Notes under the pieces: generated by a model
Seen by the model: the letters and a program-made list of their open reading frames with translations, nothing else
Database searches by the model: none
Told to the model about the DNA's origin: nothing
DNA from: Xylographa opegraphella
Taxonomy: Eukaryota
DNA: 64,000 nt
Assembly (NCBI GenBank): GCA_022813865.1
Contig: JALDZX010000003.1
Location: 248,001-312,000, forward strand
Direction: 5' to 3'
In this document: positions 10,228-23,217 of the stretch, piece after piece
Numbering within the stretch: the first letter of the stretch is position 1
Layout of the letters: every line of letters starts with the position of its first letter
Made by a program: the position numbers and the translations under genes

Positions 10228-11720
10228 TCATTTCGTGTCAGACTTTTGCCCTGAGACAATCTTGCTTCCATTGTGTGGTAGTTTGGCCCGCAGAATCGCT
10301 CCAGGATAGGTACGAAGGTCCGTACCGTTGTTGAGGCCAGGCATGTAGGGGAGCTGGTTGATGGTGACGTAGATATATCCGTCTTCTGCAACCGAGGCAG
10401 CTGTATGGGGGTCAGTGAAGCATATAACAATGGAAAGACCCGTGCGGACTTACAATCCGGCCATATGATCCGCAGGTCTCGGACAAAGGGTAAAGTCTGA
10501 GCTTGTTGAGGATCATACATGAAAATTGCGTTCGAGCCGGGCATTAACATGTAGATCAAGCCGTTGCTGTCACCTTCAAAGCCGTTGGCATCACCGCCGC
10601 GTTGGCCTAGATTTTTGACATTATTGCCGCAGACCTGGGTAGATTGGGGGCTTGTGTTTTCGCGAAGGTACTGGGTTTCGATCGAGTAGAGATAGTCGCT
10701 GGTGACGGGAGAAAAGTACAGGACGTCGCCGGCCGGAGACAGCTGGACTCCGTCGATGCCACCAGTGAGATGTCCAAATTGCTGCGCACCGGGACCGATC
10801 GCGTAAAACGGACGACCCTGGTAGCTAGGCACGAATGAATAGACATTCAATGTACTAGGATGATTGTCGAGTTGTCGAAATGAGTTACCTGTTGCTAGGT
10901 CTAGGATGATACTGCGACATTGTCAGGAACAGTGACCATGAGATAGATAGTGGAGAACCCATACACTCCATTACGTCCTTCGTTTGAAGAATCGACAATG
11001 TAGGCTACACCCTCGGCAGAGATATCTGGATTGAGATCGATACGAACATCATTCATGTAGGAAACAGGGTAGACGACCAAAGCCGGAAACGTATACGTCT
11101 TGTAGATTGCATCATTGCTCAGATTGATAGCAACCAGCTTTGGTCCACCTGGGAAAGAATAGGGTGTCGTGCCATCGAGAAAATTAGGACGACCAGTATC
11201 CAGAACCCACAGTGTTTCGGGACGGGAAGCAGTGGTAGCAGTGATTATCAATGCTTGAACACTAATGAAACCTGAAGAATTACCAGTCGCAAAGTTCATT
11301 CCAGAGGTATCATTAAAGAGCAGAGAAACTGGCACCTGAAGGGCTTGGCTGGGATAGGCCTGCTCGGCAGTAGTGTTCACTACTTCGCCGACAGTATACT
11401 CGTACGTGCCACGAGTGTAGTCAACAAAGATTCGTCCAGTGCCTAAATTATATCAATATAGGATCTGTAGGTAGGAGCGTCAATCTCCATACTTGAAACG
11501 GCCAAGCCGATGGGCCATTGGTTGTAAAAGCTGTCGGTCAGCTCATAGACCCTCACAACATATCAGGGTCAATAACATACTAGTGAACCTCTTCTAGTGT
11601 TGGGCCATAAGTACCGTTGTCCACCCTCAATGCATTCCTAGACTTGTTCTGAGAATGGATTGTTTGACTGCTAGCGAGAACTAAGAACAGGCACAGCGAG
11701 TACAAGCACTGCAATTTCAT
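10228..11720 (-). CDS. Major royal jelly protein / yellow family secreted protein (multi-exon)
   Basis: Signal peptide MKLQCLYSLCLFLVLASS; MRJP motifs LWVLDTGRP, GGPKLVAINL, YMNDVRIDL, AYIVDSS, DGVQLSPAGDVLYFSP and IIWPD. Confidence 0.88.
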
Positions 11721-12737
11721 GGTAACCAGTAGTTCGAGTGGTTGAAATGCATGAATATCACAGGTTGGAAAAGAAGCTGTCGAGTTTCAAACATTGATTT
11801 ATGTACATAGTTGCTAATGAGTTAAATAAGGGCTTCGAGTTCAATACAGTCGCTTTGGCCAGGTATGGGAGAAGCATCGGCATCTCTTCCGTGATTTGAC
11901 AACACCTGTCCATGACGGATTCGATATATCCATTTTCGCAGACATACACTAAACAGCACAACAGAGGGGATTGCATTGATATTACTCGTTCCTGCTATGT
12001 TTATTGAGCATGAAAGTACAACGCGAGAAGTGCGATGAAGTCATTTAGGCACAGCTCCATCACCGGGTAGCAATTGCCTAGACAGAATCCTGCTCGAATA
12101 TTCCAACTCACCGAACCCTTGCGCGCCTTGTTTACACATCAACCACAAAAAAGCTGTTCGGGGAAGCCCCGGATACTGAGCATTCCTTTATCGATAGGGA
12201 GGGTCTCCGGAGCGAGTTTGTATTGGTAGAAGTTGGACATCAGAGTTCGCGTGGTTGAATGCAAGCTTCAATGCTCGTCGGATTTCGTGCTGCAGCACGG
12301 GCATGTCATTGGTCCAATTGCGCAACAGATCTACCAGCAATGTCTGTGTCAACTTTGGTTCTACCATCGTTTGCGATTCTTCCTCCACATGCTTCATACG
12401 TCCTTGATCATAGGCTGTTTCCAGCATGAGACCCTAAAGATATCTCGATGCTACTTCCCGTCCGGCGTGGGGTCGGTTCTCGTCCGCCATGCTACCAAGA
12501 ATCGTCTCGTTCTGGTACTCCTGCATGATTGGCATGTGCGGCTACAATTGGCCGCCGTTGAGGTGGGCAGAAGCCCTGCACACAAGTCCAGGCCTTATCG
12601 ATGTCACAGCACAGGAGAGCAGGAGCTTAGAGGGGTAAAGCATGGAGGGGCACATATCTCGATTGTTTTCTCAGGATACTTAGTCTTCTGGCTCTCTTTG
12701 TCTCTCCTAGAGAGTTCTTCCGCGACCAGTTTCAGAG

Positions 12738-15458
12738 ATGAGCACCATGTCCAATCTATTCTCGACAATGGCATTTCTCTCTTCTGATCTGGATGTGCAG
12801 CGGATCCAGCTCCTCGCTGTAGCTGCTTCGCTTCTTGTCCTTATTGCTGGCATTCTTGTCATTACAGTGCTCAGATCAAGCGCCTACAAGAGCGCTTTGG
12901 AGTCGTTCACTAATTTTAGCCAATTTTTTTATGTGAGCTTTCTCAAACCACACACCGGAGACAGTCTAGCGGGCCAGCAAGGCGCTCTGGAGAGCTTCTA
13001 TGGAGCACAGGTATGAGAAGGGTGCTATCTGCTACCGATCGTCGCTGATAGCCCACTCCAAGGCCGATGTTTATGACGCCACGAGGAGGAGACTCCTGCG
13101 TGGACGTGAAGATATGCTGGGACTGGCTTCTGCACAGCTCAAATACGATTCCGACGGCCCCTTTCGAGTGGGAAGAAAGCCTATCTGGGTCGATATTGGC
13201 GGTGGTATATCTGAACATCGAATCCTGACATGTTGTAATGTATTGACCGTATAAAGGTACGGGCTGGAATATCGAAGCGATGCAGGAGTTCCTTGATGTC
13301 CCCAACTTCTTCGAAAATATATACCTGGTTGATCTCTCTCCATCACTCTGTGAAGTGGCACGAAAACGGTTTGCTCGACTTGGATGGGTCAACGTTACCG
13401 TCGTTTGTCAGGATGCACGTCTGTTCAATCTCCCAACGGGCAAATCCGATTTGATCACAATGTCTTACAGCTTGAGTATGATTCCCGATTACTACAGCGT
13501 GGTTGACTCGATGACATCTCTTCTGGATCCCAGCGGCATTATCGGCGTTGTCGACTTCTATGTGCAGAGCGCTGTTGAGACAAGTGGCCGTAACTATATC
13601 GGTGGCTCACTTCAGCGACATGTAAACTGGTTGGGAAGATCTTTCTGGCGAGCATGGTTCGACTTGGACAGAGTTGGCTTGGAAGGCGCCAAAAGAGTAA
13701 GCGCGACCTACTGCAGTACTTGGATAATAGATAACAGGTTTCTTCTCGCTACAGGATTATCTCGAATATCGTTTTGGTACGCTAAAGTGTATTGACGACA
13801 GAAATTATCTCGTTGGCAATATCTGCATACCATACTACATCTTCCTGGGGAAATTAACATCATCTACAACGAAAGATGGAGAGCTCATCGAGCAATTAGA
13901 CGCTGCATGCACGGAATCTCCTTATCTCTCACCTCGACAACATCGGCTTGATATGTCCACCACTACTGACACAGTCGTTGAGAACAGATCGAAAGCATAT
14001 CAATCTGCCATTGTCAACTTGAGCGCCAATCTCCCCTTGCCTAGCACATTCTATCAGAACACATCTCAGAGAATATTCTATGATGAACCGCATAAGAAGC
14101 ACACTCAGTTTGGAAACGAGTTCATCTATGCTTTCACATGGGAAGATTCACGAATAGATAGACGTCTACTCAAAATTGGACCTACAGACGTGATACTCTG
14201 TATAACCTCCGCAGGAGATAATCTGTTGGACTACTTGTACTCTGCCAATCCAAGGCGTATCCATGCAGTCGATATGAATCCAAACCAGAACCATCTACTC
14301 GAACTAAAAGTTGCTGCATATCAGGCACTTCCGTACATCGAATTTTGGAAACTCTTCGGAGAAGGAAAATATCCAGGATTCAAGAATACTTTGATAACTC
14401 GCTTATCCCCATACATGAGCAGTCAAGCCTGCCAGTTTTGGCTAAGCCACGAACGAGTATTCACATCATCCCGAGGCCTGTACGAATGCGGAGGCTCCGG
14501 TCATGCCATTAGACTTGTCAGATGGCTCGTATGGATCTCTGGACTCGGATCCGCCGTCCGCGAGCTATGTCAAGCCAAGACCTTGAATGAGCAACGAGAG
14601 ATCTGGCCAAGAGTACGCCGAGTTCTTATGAGTCGACCGTTACACTGGGCTGTTATCGGATCGAAATTCCTGTGGAAGGCGGCCGGTGTGCCACCAGCAC
14701 AAATTGCAATGATACTCGAAGATTACCTTGACCAGGATAATCTGAATCCTTTCCATGTAACGTTAGCAGACACAAGCGGCGAAGCAATGTGGCGATATAT
14801 CATCAATACGCTGGACCCCGTGGCCCGAGAGACCCTACTGAGCGAGGACAATTTCTACTATCTGTTGACGCTGACGGGCCAATATACACGACGGTATGTA
14901 AGCCACATGCTCCTCCGGCTTCGATCTAATTTTTTACAGGTGTCACCCAAGCTATCTAACCGCAAAGGCACATGCCAAACTTTCGCGCGAAGGTGCATTC
15001 GAAGGTCTTCGTATCCACACAGACGAGATTCAGGAAGTGATTTCTCGCATAGCAAGAGGGAGCTTGACAATCGCGATTGTCATGGACAGTATGGATTGGT
15101 TCAACCCGAAAGACACCGAAGCCTTGACACAAATTAAGGCGCTAAATTATGCTCTGAAAGTCGGTGGCAGAGTGCTACTGCGTTCAGCTGGACTTAGGCC
15201 GTGGTACATATCTGGCTTCGAGACTCTGGGATTCTCCGCAAAGCGTGTGGGATCGAGGTTACCTGGGACCTGCATAGACCGGTAGGTACATCATGATCTA
15301 TTCACGGGCAGTTCACTAAACTCTCCAGAGTCAACATGTATGCCAGTACCTGGATAATCACTAAGACATCCGAGCCCGCTCAACCGGGTCAAGACTCCTC
15401 CAAACCTTCCGCTAAGGGCCAAGAGGCCACCACTACCCTAGAGAAGCTTGAAATATGA
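12738..15458 (+). CDS. BTA1: Betaine lipid (DGTS) synthase, SAM-methyltransferase + DUF3419 fusion (multi-exon)
   Basis: QQGALESFY..QADVYDATRRRLLRGREDML, WVDIGGGTGWNIE, ITMSYSLSMIPDYY, IYAFTWEDSRID, ITSAGDNLL, AVDMNPNQNHLLELKVA, MDSMDWF and CIDRVNMYAS. Confidence 0.92.
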
Positions 15459-16321
15459 CTAGCAACGTGGGACAGCCATCAAGTATCCCACAACACCTTT
15501 GAAATATCCACAAAGTCTAGTTCAATGAGACACACACCAGCGTTCCGTGCCGGACTTGAGCGTATCGATGAAGAATGTGTCGACGACATGTTTTGCCTCA
15601 AAGATAGCAAAGGCTCCTCGTTTCAAGCGGAACACGACTGGAAGCCTTTTTGCAGGTCTAGGGTGCCATGGCGATTGCCATCAACCAGTAGGGCGAGAGC
15701 CAAAAGTTTGTAGTCATAAAACTTTTCTATTCTTGCTATCGATAGATATGCACGTTTTCAACGATATCCTTTGATCCAAGAGGCCTTGGATCTTCTTAAC
15801 AATATAGCCACATGTCAGTCCTTTGATGCCAGAATTCTCCTCAGGCCCGTGATACCCCCCTTTGCACCAATAGTTGCGTCGAGAAATCCGAAACCGCCTT
15901 GTCCGCGCTAGTGCACAGCCCGGCGACCTCCCCACTCTTCAACCAAGATTCCGAAAATCCAGCCTTCGATCCGGACCCTATTCCAAGGCTTGCTTGTACT
16001 ACGCAGGAAGCAACATCCCTGACACTGGCGCAATAGGCCCGCATGATGGAGTTGCAAACCGGTTCGGTCCCCTGCGAAGGATGGAGTGAAGCTATTGCAT
16101 ATGCATTGCATGGCATCATGGGGCTGGACTGCCCCGCCGAGGGGTATCTAGAGCGGGTATAATACGTTGTGAGGGCGCCATAGTTACTGATGGAGAGCAA
16201 ACACGGATTGACTCTGCATCTTATCGTCCACGTACTCTAAAATCGGTGCGTGAGATGAGGGCTGGAGTGTTTGTGAGCTGCTGCTGACCGGTGACAGATA
16301 TACTCATTACCCACCGATAGC

Positions 16322-17028
16322 ATGGCTGGACTTCTTGGCGGTGGAGGTGGAGGCGGAGACGGTCAACAGGGCGGAGGAGGTATGGGTTTCCCCCTTCCAG
16401 GCGTGCGTCCTGCTGGCATGAGATGTGTTCTAGCTCCTGCTATGCTGTTGTGTTCTTTTCTCGAGGTGTCCCACGTGTCGCGAGTACCTGCTGCCGCTGA
16501 TATATGACTTTCGCTAATAGGTCTTCTCGGGGGCGTCACAGGTCTTCTAGGAGGCACATACCCACTCCCTGGAGCATAGATTGAGCATATCGATACTAAT
16601 ATCCTCAAGGGGTCACGGACACTGTTGGAAAGGTAAAACAGAGCCCCGCTCTGAAAGGTCAACTCGAGTACTAATAGCATACAGACCGCAGGCGGAGTGA
16701 GATCCTCCCTTCGGCCATCGACGAAGCATGCTGATCAACGAAGGTTACCAACACGGTGGGCGATACCGTTGGCGGCGTGGGAGATGGTGTCGGAAAGGCA
16801 AGGAGCCCTTCTTCCCCGGGTGGTGGAGAGCTGTCGAGCAGCTGACTGTGCCACAGACTGTCGGTGGTGTAACCCAGGGCGTCGGCGATTTAAGTCTTCC
16901 TGTTCTTCTGCTCTCACGCACGATATACTAACAGTAGACATCAGACCACGAAGGGGGTGGGCCAGACCGCGCAGGATACCACGAGCGGCGCCGGGAAGCA
17001 GACCGCGCAGAACCCGCTCGGGCTCTAG
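16322..17028 (+). CDS. Small Gly/Thr-rich hydrophilin/LEA-like repeat protein (~98 aa, 7 exons)
   Basis: Spliced model 16322-16379, 16521-16553, 16610-16632, 16685-16696, 16744-16797, 16857-16889 and 16945-17028 gives MAGLLGGG...GGVTDTVGKTAGGVTNTVGDTVGGVGDGVGKTVGGVTQGVGDTTKGVGQTAQDTTSGAGKQTAQNPLGL*. Each intron has a CTRAY branch point and an AG acceptor. Confidence 0.75.
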
Positions 17029-18107
17029 GGGCCAGCTCACAGCGTAAGGGGGATCTGAATGGCGGCTATGGGTTTACGAATTTGCTACGTTTTCGGCTGG
17101 TAGAAAGACCTATATTAGAGCCAATTTCGATCATCGCGATTCGCTCTAGCCGCTTCATCCGCAACCTTGACCAGCGATTCTCGTCCTGCCTGCTTTGATA
17201 ACCTCCCACAGACGATTCCTGGCCCCGTGAACGCCCTTGGAGCTACCAGTCTCCCACGCTCAACGCGGAAACCCATTCCGACTGACGTTCATACTTTCTT
17301 TACCCGTAGTACCGACACCGGCACTTCCCCATCCACAGCCGCCCCACACCAGCACGCTCCCAAGTAAAGTCGCGCATCTCGCCGCCCACCATCTCACTCC
17401 TCGCCCACGTTTCCACCGCCGTAACCTCCCTTCCAGTGATCCACCGTTCTCTCACATCTCACAATCTCCTCAACCAGCCGCATGAACCAAGCTGAATACC
17501 AAAGCTCCGGCCAGCTCTGTCGGAAGAAGAACCCGTGCAGGTGAAGGATTTCCCAGGTCGTGTGGTCGTCGTCGACAGTTATCCCTCAGGTCTTGTATTT
17601 TGTGATATTGAGAGTGGCTCCAAGCCCACTATGAGCTGGCGCCGTTTCCGTCCCGGACTACTCTGGTTTGCGGAGGCACTGCCTATTCGACGTTATCTGT
17701 TTTAATTTTCTCCTCTTCTTTTGGGCGAGGGCTGTTAGAAGGCGTGGAGCGTGTGAATGCGTGGGCGAGGAGAGCCGGAAGGATTGAGTTGGAATAAGAG
17801 CGCTGGAGGCTCCAGGAACCGGATTGTTGTGACGACGAGAGTAGTGGGGGGGGGTCGATGGAGGTCACTTTGCGCGATATAGAGAATCTTGTAACGACGC
17901 ACGTTGGCGCAATGACGGCTTCCTATGAATATTTACATGTTGATATCCTCAGACTGTGCCGACCCCCCAAATGAATGAACCAAACGCCTGAACTGTGACT
18001 GCCACCCAAAACGCGCCTCAATATGTCCTTAACCCGTACCGCACTCCGGTACACCTCCATACTATGTTGACGTTTCGCATCAGATTCGTTCCAGGAATAT
18101 TAGAAAG

Positions 18108-20015
18108 TTAGAGTGTTGGTGCCGCCGTGATGGCGTGGGTCTGAGGAGTCATGCTCTTGTCTTTGCAACCCCAAAATAGGCCTGGGATTTCACAAGAAGT
18201 GGCAGCTGGAGTCGATGTGGTTCTCATCGTTGTGGAGGTTGTTGTGTAGGCGAGAGCTGAGGTCGTAAGGACTTTTGTGGTCGTGATCGGGTCCAAACCT
18301 ATGAAGGGTCAGTATCAACGGCAACCTATATCGAGAAGGAAGAGAATTTACAGCCTCCAAACCAACCGTAGCTTCGGCACGTCGTTGAGGTGGTAACAGC
18401 TGTAGTCGTGGTTGTTGGTCTTTTCGCTGTAGATGATGAGATTGTGGTGCTTTCGTCGAGACATCCCCACCTAGCATCCGAGGTTAGCATTGATCAATTA
18501 TATACGGGATTGTAATGATTATTACCAGCCGGGTGTCTTGCAGGTTTGTGTCCGCGTATAGCTCGACGTGGTCCTTGTGCTCATGCTAGTTCTAGAAGTT
18601 GTCGTCTCCGATCCATTGCTCTCAATATGCTTCCAGTTGAAACAGTCGAAACATTCCTCAACTTCAGGTATACATTTGGGAACAGTATCATAGACCTTCA
18701 GTACGTCTCTGATCACACCGCGAATAGAGTGCCATCTTATAGAAGGTCTCCACTTTTTGTCTTCGACAACATCATAAACACATCTATTTCCAGTATGACA
18801 TGCTGACTCCATCGCGTAGCCGAATAGCGTACATCCTGAAGTCGCTGCATTACACTGTCCCATATATATAGGATCGGCAGTATGTCCAAAATGGGCAGCA
18901 CCAGTATTGGTCCTCGCTTGGGCACGGTTTACTCCTGGTGGCAAGGGTAGCCCTAGCCTCGTGGCCGCCATCGCTTCCGGCGGAGCTTCGAATGTGACGA
19001 CAGGTAGTCCAAACGTGAGACCCATAAGGGCACTGACAGAGCCCCCGAGAGAGTGTCCAGCGAACCATATATTGGCGTCTGGATAGATTTCTGTGACATT
19101 CCCATACAGTTCCATGGCAGCCTGGTAATAGCGGTTTGGCTTTCTGAGAGCCGACCTCACGCAGGTCTCGTTACATGTGTATGTTGCGGTTTGACAATCA
19201 CAGACTGGTCGCCAGAGATATTGTCCACCCAAGCCGCAACAGCAACTAAAGAACAAGTTATCGTTCTCCTTGTCATTCGTTGTAGTCTCTGCACCGTCAA
19301 ACGCGGCTGGACTAGTCCCCTTGATGCCAATAACAACAGTCGAGTTTGTCTGGTCGGTATAGATGTGGCCTCTTAATCCATCTCCCTCCCAGCCAAATTC
19401 GGAGCTGTTGGTAAATGGAGGTTTGACGTCCTCCCACTCCCCTATTCCAGGGGTCCTATCGTATGCATTTGCTGCCATCACTGCCATATTGACCACAGTC
19501 TCTTTGTCAGTTATATTTGGACCTGATACCTCGTCTATGGTCCAGGCTGCAGAAGACAGTTGGGATGGCCTTCCATGACTTCGAGCTGCACTGAGGAGCG
19601 GCTCTATCGCTGGGATACTGCGATCAGACAGTCTCTGGATATCTGTTGGATGAGATCGCACTTTGAACGGTCCAACTCCACCCTCTTCGTCTTCTTCTTT
19701 TGTCGTGGCCCACAGAGGACTTTCCGCATGAATGTCTAACCGCCGATGCAAATCTGGGTAAAGGTAGGTGCCTCGGTGGAATATGTGCCTCAGCCTGAAC
19801 TCAAGCTCCTGTGGTGCTGCAATCTCCAAGCCATGACTCTCTGTCGGGGGCAGGAATGGTAAAAGAGGCGCCTGTTTCGCTGAGCTCGACCATCTGGTTG
19901 TCCAGGCCGCCGCCACTGGTGACGTTGTTGACACAGCGAGAAAGGAACACAACAGCTGCGCTGTAACCCGGCCAGCAGATTGGCAAGTACTTCGTGATGA
20001 TATCCGTGTCTTCAT
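18108..20015 (-). CDS. ATG15: Autophagy lipase Atg15 (3 exons)
   Basis: [43 protein letters not shown], the lipase motif [20 protein letters not shown] and a Thr-rich CxxPGW tail. Confidence 0.93.
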
Positions 20016-20334
20016 CTTTGGTTGTGTCGTATAGAAGGAAACCTGGCGGTCTTAACGTAATCGTTGTCTAGGCAGCTCATGAACCGTTCCTTGAGCTTGT
20101 GATACCTTTATGGGGCGGAGTTTAGTCCTCCCGTGCGCGTGCAGCGGGCACCTGACGGGAAGTTCCGCGAGGAGTACGTACTTGTGTCTGAGTTGACTGA
20201 AAAGCTCCTAATCCATTTCTTACTGTATTTCCTGTTTTCTATGTCACCTTGCTTTTGGCAGCAAGTTACTTTTCGTATAATGTATAAGTATGCCGATCCT
20301 CTAAGCCTATGCAGATAAAACACTACTCAGAATC

Positions 20335-22743
20335 ATGTCAAAGAGTGAGACGCCCTCATACTACCGACCTCCCGTCCATACACGAACTATAGACTGAGAG
20401 TGATAGATCCATTCGCTTCAATGACAAACTCTCTCTCTGCTCAGGCTCAGCGGCCCTTTAGTCTACAATCCTCGAAATCTTTCACGCGCTACGAACCCAG
20501 TAAGTCTGAGCCACGGTCTCGGAACAGAGCAAGTTCACTGCGAAACGGTGTCGCTGCCAATATCCCCGGAAACGAAAAGGGCGCTCCTGTGATCGATCAG
20601 CAACAAGGAGGGGATGTCTTTGAGAAACGAAATTCAGAAGAGGACCGGCGGGAAACAAAGGCAATCGTCGCAAGCACGTCGGTGGAGGGACTTCCGGAAG
20701 GTTTCGATGAGCTCCCAATCGAATTAATTAGCTTGACAGATCGGTAAGAGTCCTTTGGAAGGAATCACTGCTGTGTAACTGATATGGAAAAATGTCTGCA
20801 GCTTCATTGCCTCTTTGACTGCCGCCAAAGTTTATTCTACTCCGCCTTCGATCGAAAGACTCTCAGACCTGTTTCAAGATTTCTACTTACAGGCGGACTC
20901 ACATATCTCTACTCATATACAGGAGCTTTCGAGCCGCCAGTATAGAGATGGATCACCTGCTATCTCTGCCTCTTCCAGAACTTCTGCCAGTACAAGGGCA
21001 AATAACAAATTGATGTCCAAACAATCGAAGGACAGCCTTAGTGTGCTCGAGAAGATAGGGCCTGAGCAGCAGATGCTAACCGCTTCTGAGGTCTCCGAGC
21101 GGAGAAGGGCCCGGAGAATGCTGGAGCAGAAACGGCTAGCTCTGGAAGAAGCAGTAGAAAGAAGAGTTACTGAGGGTGTCTATGATCGAATTTGGCGGCA
21201 CGGCAGCACACTTGATGAAATTAGAGACGAGAAACTCCGATCGAAAACCGCTGCTTTGGCTTTGGTTGGCATAGGGCTGAAAGACTTGGGAATTGATTTT
21301 GATGTCTTAAATAAGCCGAGCGTATCGCCGGCTTCACTCGCAGCGCAGGTTGAGGAATGGATCGCAAAAGCGAGAGAAGGATTGCTGAAAATGAATGATT
21401 CTCGAAACCCGCTGGGCAAGTTGCAAAGCCTTGCTTCAACTCACCAAAACATAGTGGATCTCCTGACAGATCTACATCAATCATCATCATCCGCAGATGA
21501 AATTCTTCCTACACTGATCTACACTCTTATCACATCTCCCACTGAGGGAATTAATGTCATTAGTAATCTGCACTTTATACAAAGGTTCAGATCTCAAAAC
21601 AAAATTGACGGTGAAGCAGCCTATTGTCTTACCAATCTAGAAGCTGCCATCACCTTTCTGGAAACAGTCGATCTCGCCAGTTTAAGAGCAGACGAAGCGC
21701 TTGAAGGGCCAACAAAGCCTTCAAGTCGACCTTCTACACCACGAAGCGAATCATCGAGTGCCTGGAGCCCGGGTCAACCCACTTCTGCAAGTATCTCGTC
21801 TTCAGCTACCACGCCGCTCACAGCTGTTCCCTCTCATCTGGGATCGGTACCTATGTCGCATCCTCTTCGATCACCTACAAACTCTAGACCTTCACCGCCG
21901 GTTTCACCTTCCCACGAGCGTCGCTTGAGCAATATATTTCAACCACCTGCAAAAGCGTTCGGAGCCGCAAGTGATGCAGTGCGCACGACTGCAGATACCG
22001 GCTTCCGCCACATCAGCAATACCCTTGACGGAAGTTTCAAGCTCCTCTTCGGTCGTCTAAAGGAGCAGCATCTCCAGGGCGAAGGCACAGATGCACATGG
22101 CACAATCATCGTCCCCAAGACCCTCGACGATGCTCGCAAGCTCGTCTCCCCACGCCCCGTCATCGACGAGGACGGGACCATCTCCGAAAGCAGCTCTTTC
22201 GCCGACCACGACGAAGACGCTTCAGAAATCATCAGTCCTAAGCCTGACGACAGACTCCTTGATCTCATTAGTGGCCGCAAACCAAGTCGAGACCGCAGCG
22301 TCGACAGCGTCGTAAGTACAACCAGCAGTGGTAGACGGGTCGCCTTCGCTTCGGACGCCAAGCTAGCATCTGAGAGGGCTGGCTCCCCAGCCCCCCCGTC
22401 TGCGCCTGTGACATCCACACCACCGTTTCAACCCAATGCCGCCGTCGAGTCGATGCGAAACCTGGGTAACAGCCTCAACCCCCTCAACCGCCTAGCCGGC
22501 ATGAACGTCATGCGCGGTTTCGGCAGAAGCACGCCTGCAACGCCGTCTCCAGCACCGCTCCTACCATCGGACCAGGCCAGGGAGCTGTCGCCAGGCGACA
22601 AGGCGTCACTGCCCATCGAGGCCCCGGTCCAGCGTTTCTTGGATGTCGGCGACGCGAGCAATTTGAAGATTGGGGACGTGTCGGAGTTGTTGAAGGATTA
22701 CCAGCGCTTGGCGGGCGTTGTGAAGTCTTTGGGCTTGTATTGA
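20335..22743 (+). CDS. VPS9-domain Rab5 GEF (Muk1-like)
   Basis: SSSADEILPTLIYTLI, NLHFIQRFRSQNKIDGEAAYCLTNLEAAITFLE; intron 20744-20801. The start codon at 20335 needs a short first exon and is uncertain. Confidence 0.85.
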
Positions 22744-23217
22744 AGATGTCTTGCCGGGGAACGAATGGATTGGCGCGGGTGTGTTTTGATTCGGGATCTA
22801 ATGTGCTCAGAGTGTAAAATGTACGAATGAGCCGACGCATGGAGGGAGTCGCGATGGCTGTATAGAGTGTGAGGTTAAAAAAGCAAGACCTTTTAAGGAT
22901 GATCTTTTCTACTCTGAGTTTCACTGTCACCCAAGACATTACTTCCTGTGCTGATGATCCAGGTCTGGTACCAACATTGGGTTTCGATCGTATGACAGTA
23001 ATTTTTGGGTTGGTTCCGGCCAATCTCACGCCAGATAGCCACCGTTATTGATATCTCAAATCTACTTTACGCCTTTTATATGTTGTTCACTGGAACAGTT
23101 GGAATGACATTTTGGAAGTGCTTGTGAATTTTTGCCACGAGTCCCTACATGAATAACTTGTAGGGTAGTTCCGTGGCGACTGTAGGTGCCTTCCCGCGGA
23201 AACACACCACTGTCTAT

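Noticed and set aside
15562..15577. 5.8S rRNA-like GTATCGATGAAGAATG
   Set aside because: Only a 16-nt near-match; the flanks do not resemble 5.8S.
17540..17560. RNase P/MRP CR-I-like GGGAAATCC on the minus strand
   Set aside because: No matching CR-V partner for the P4 helix was found.
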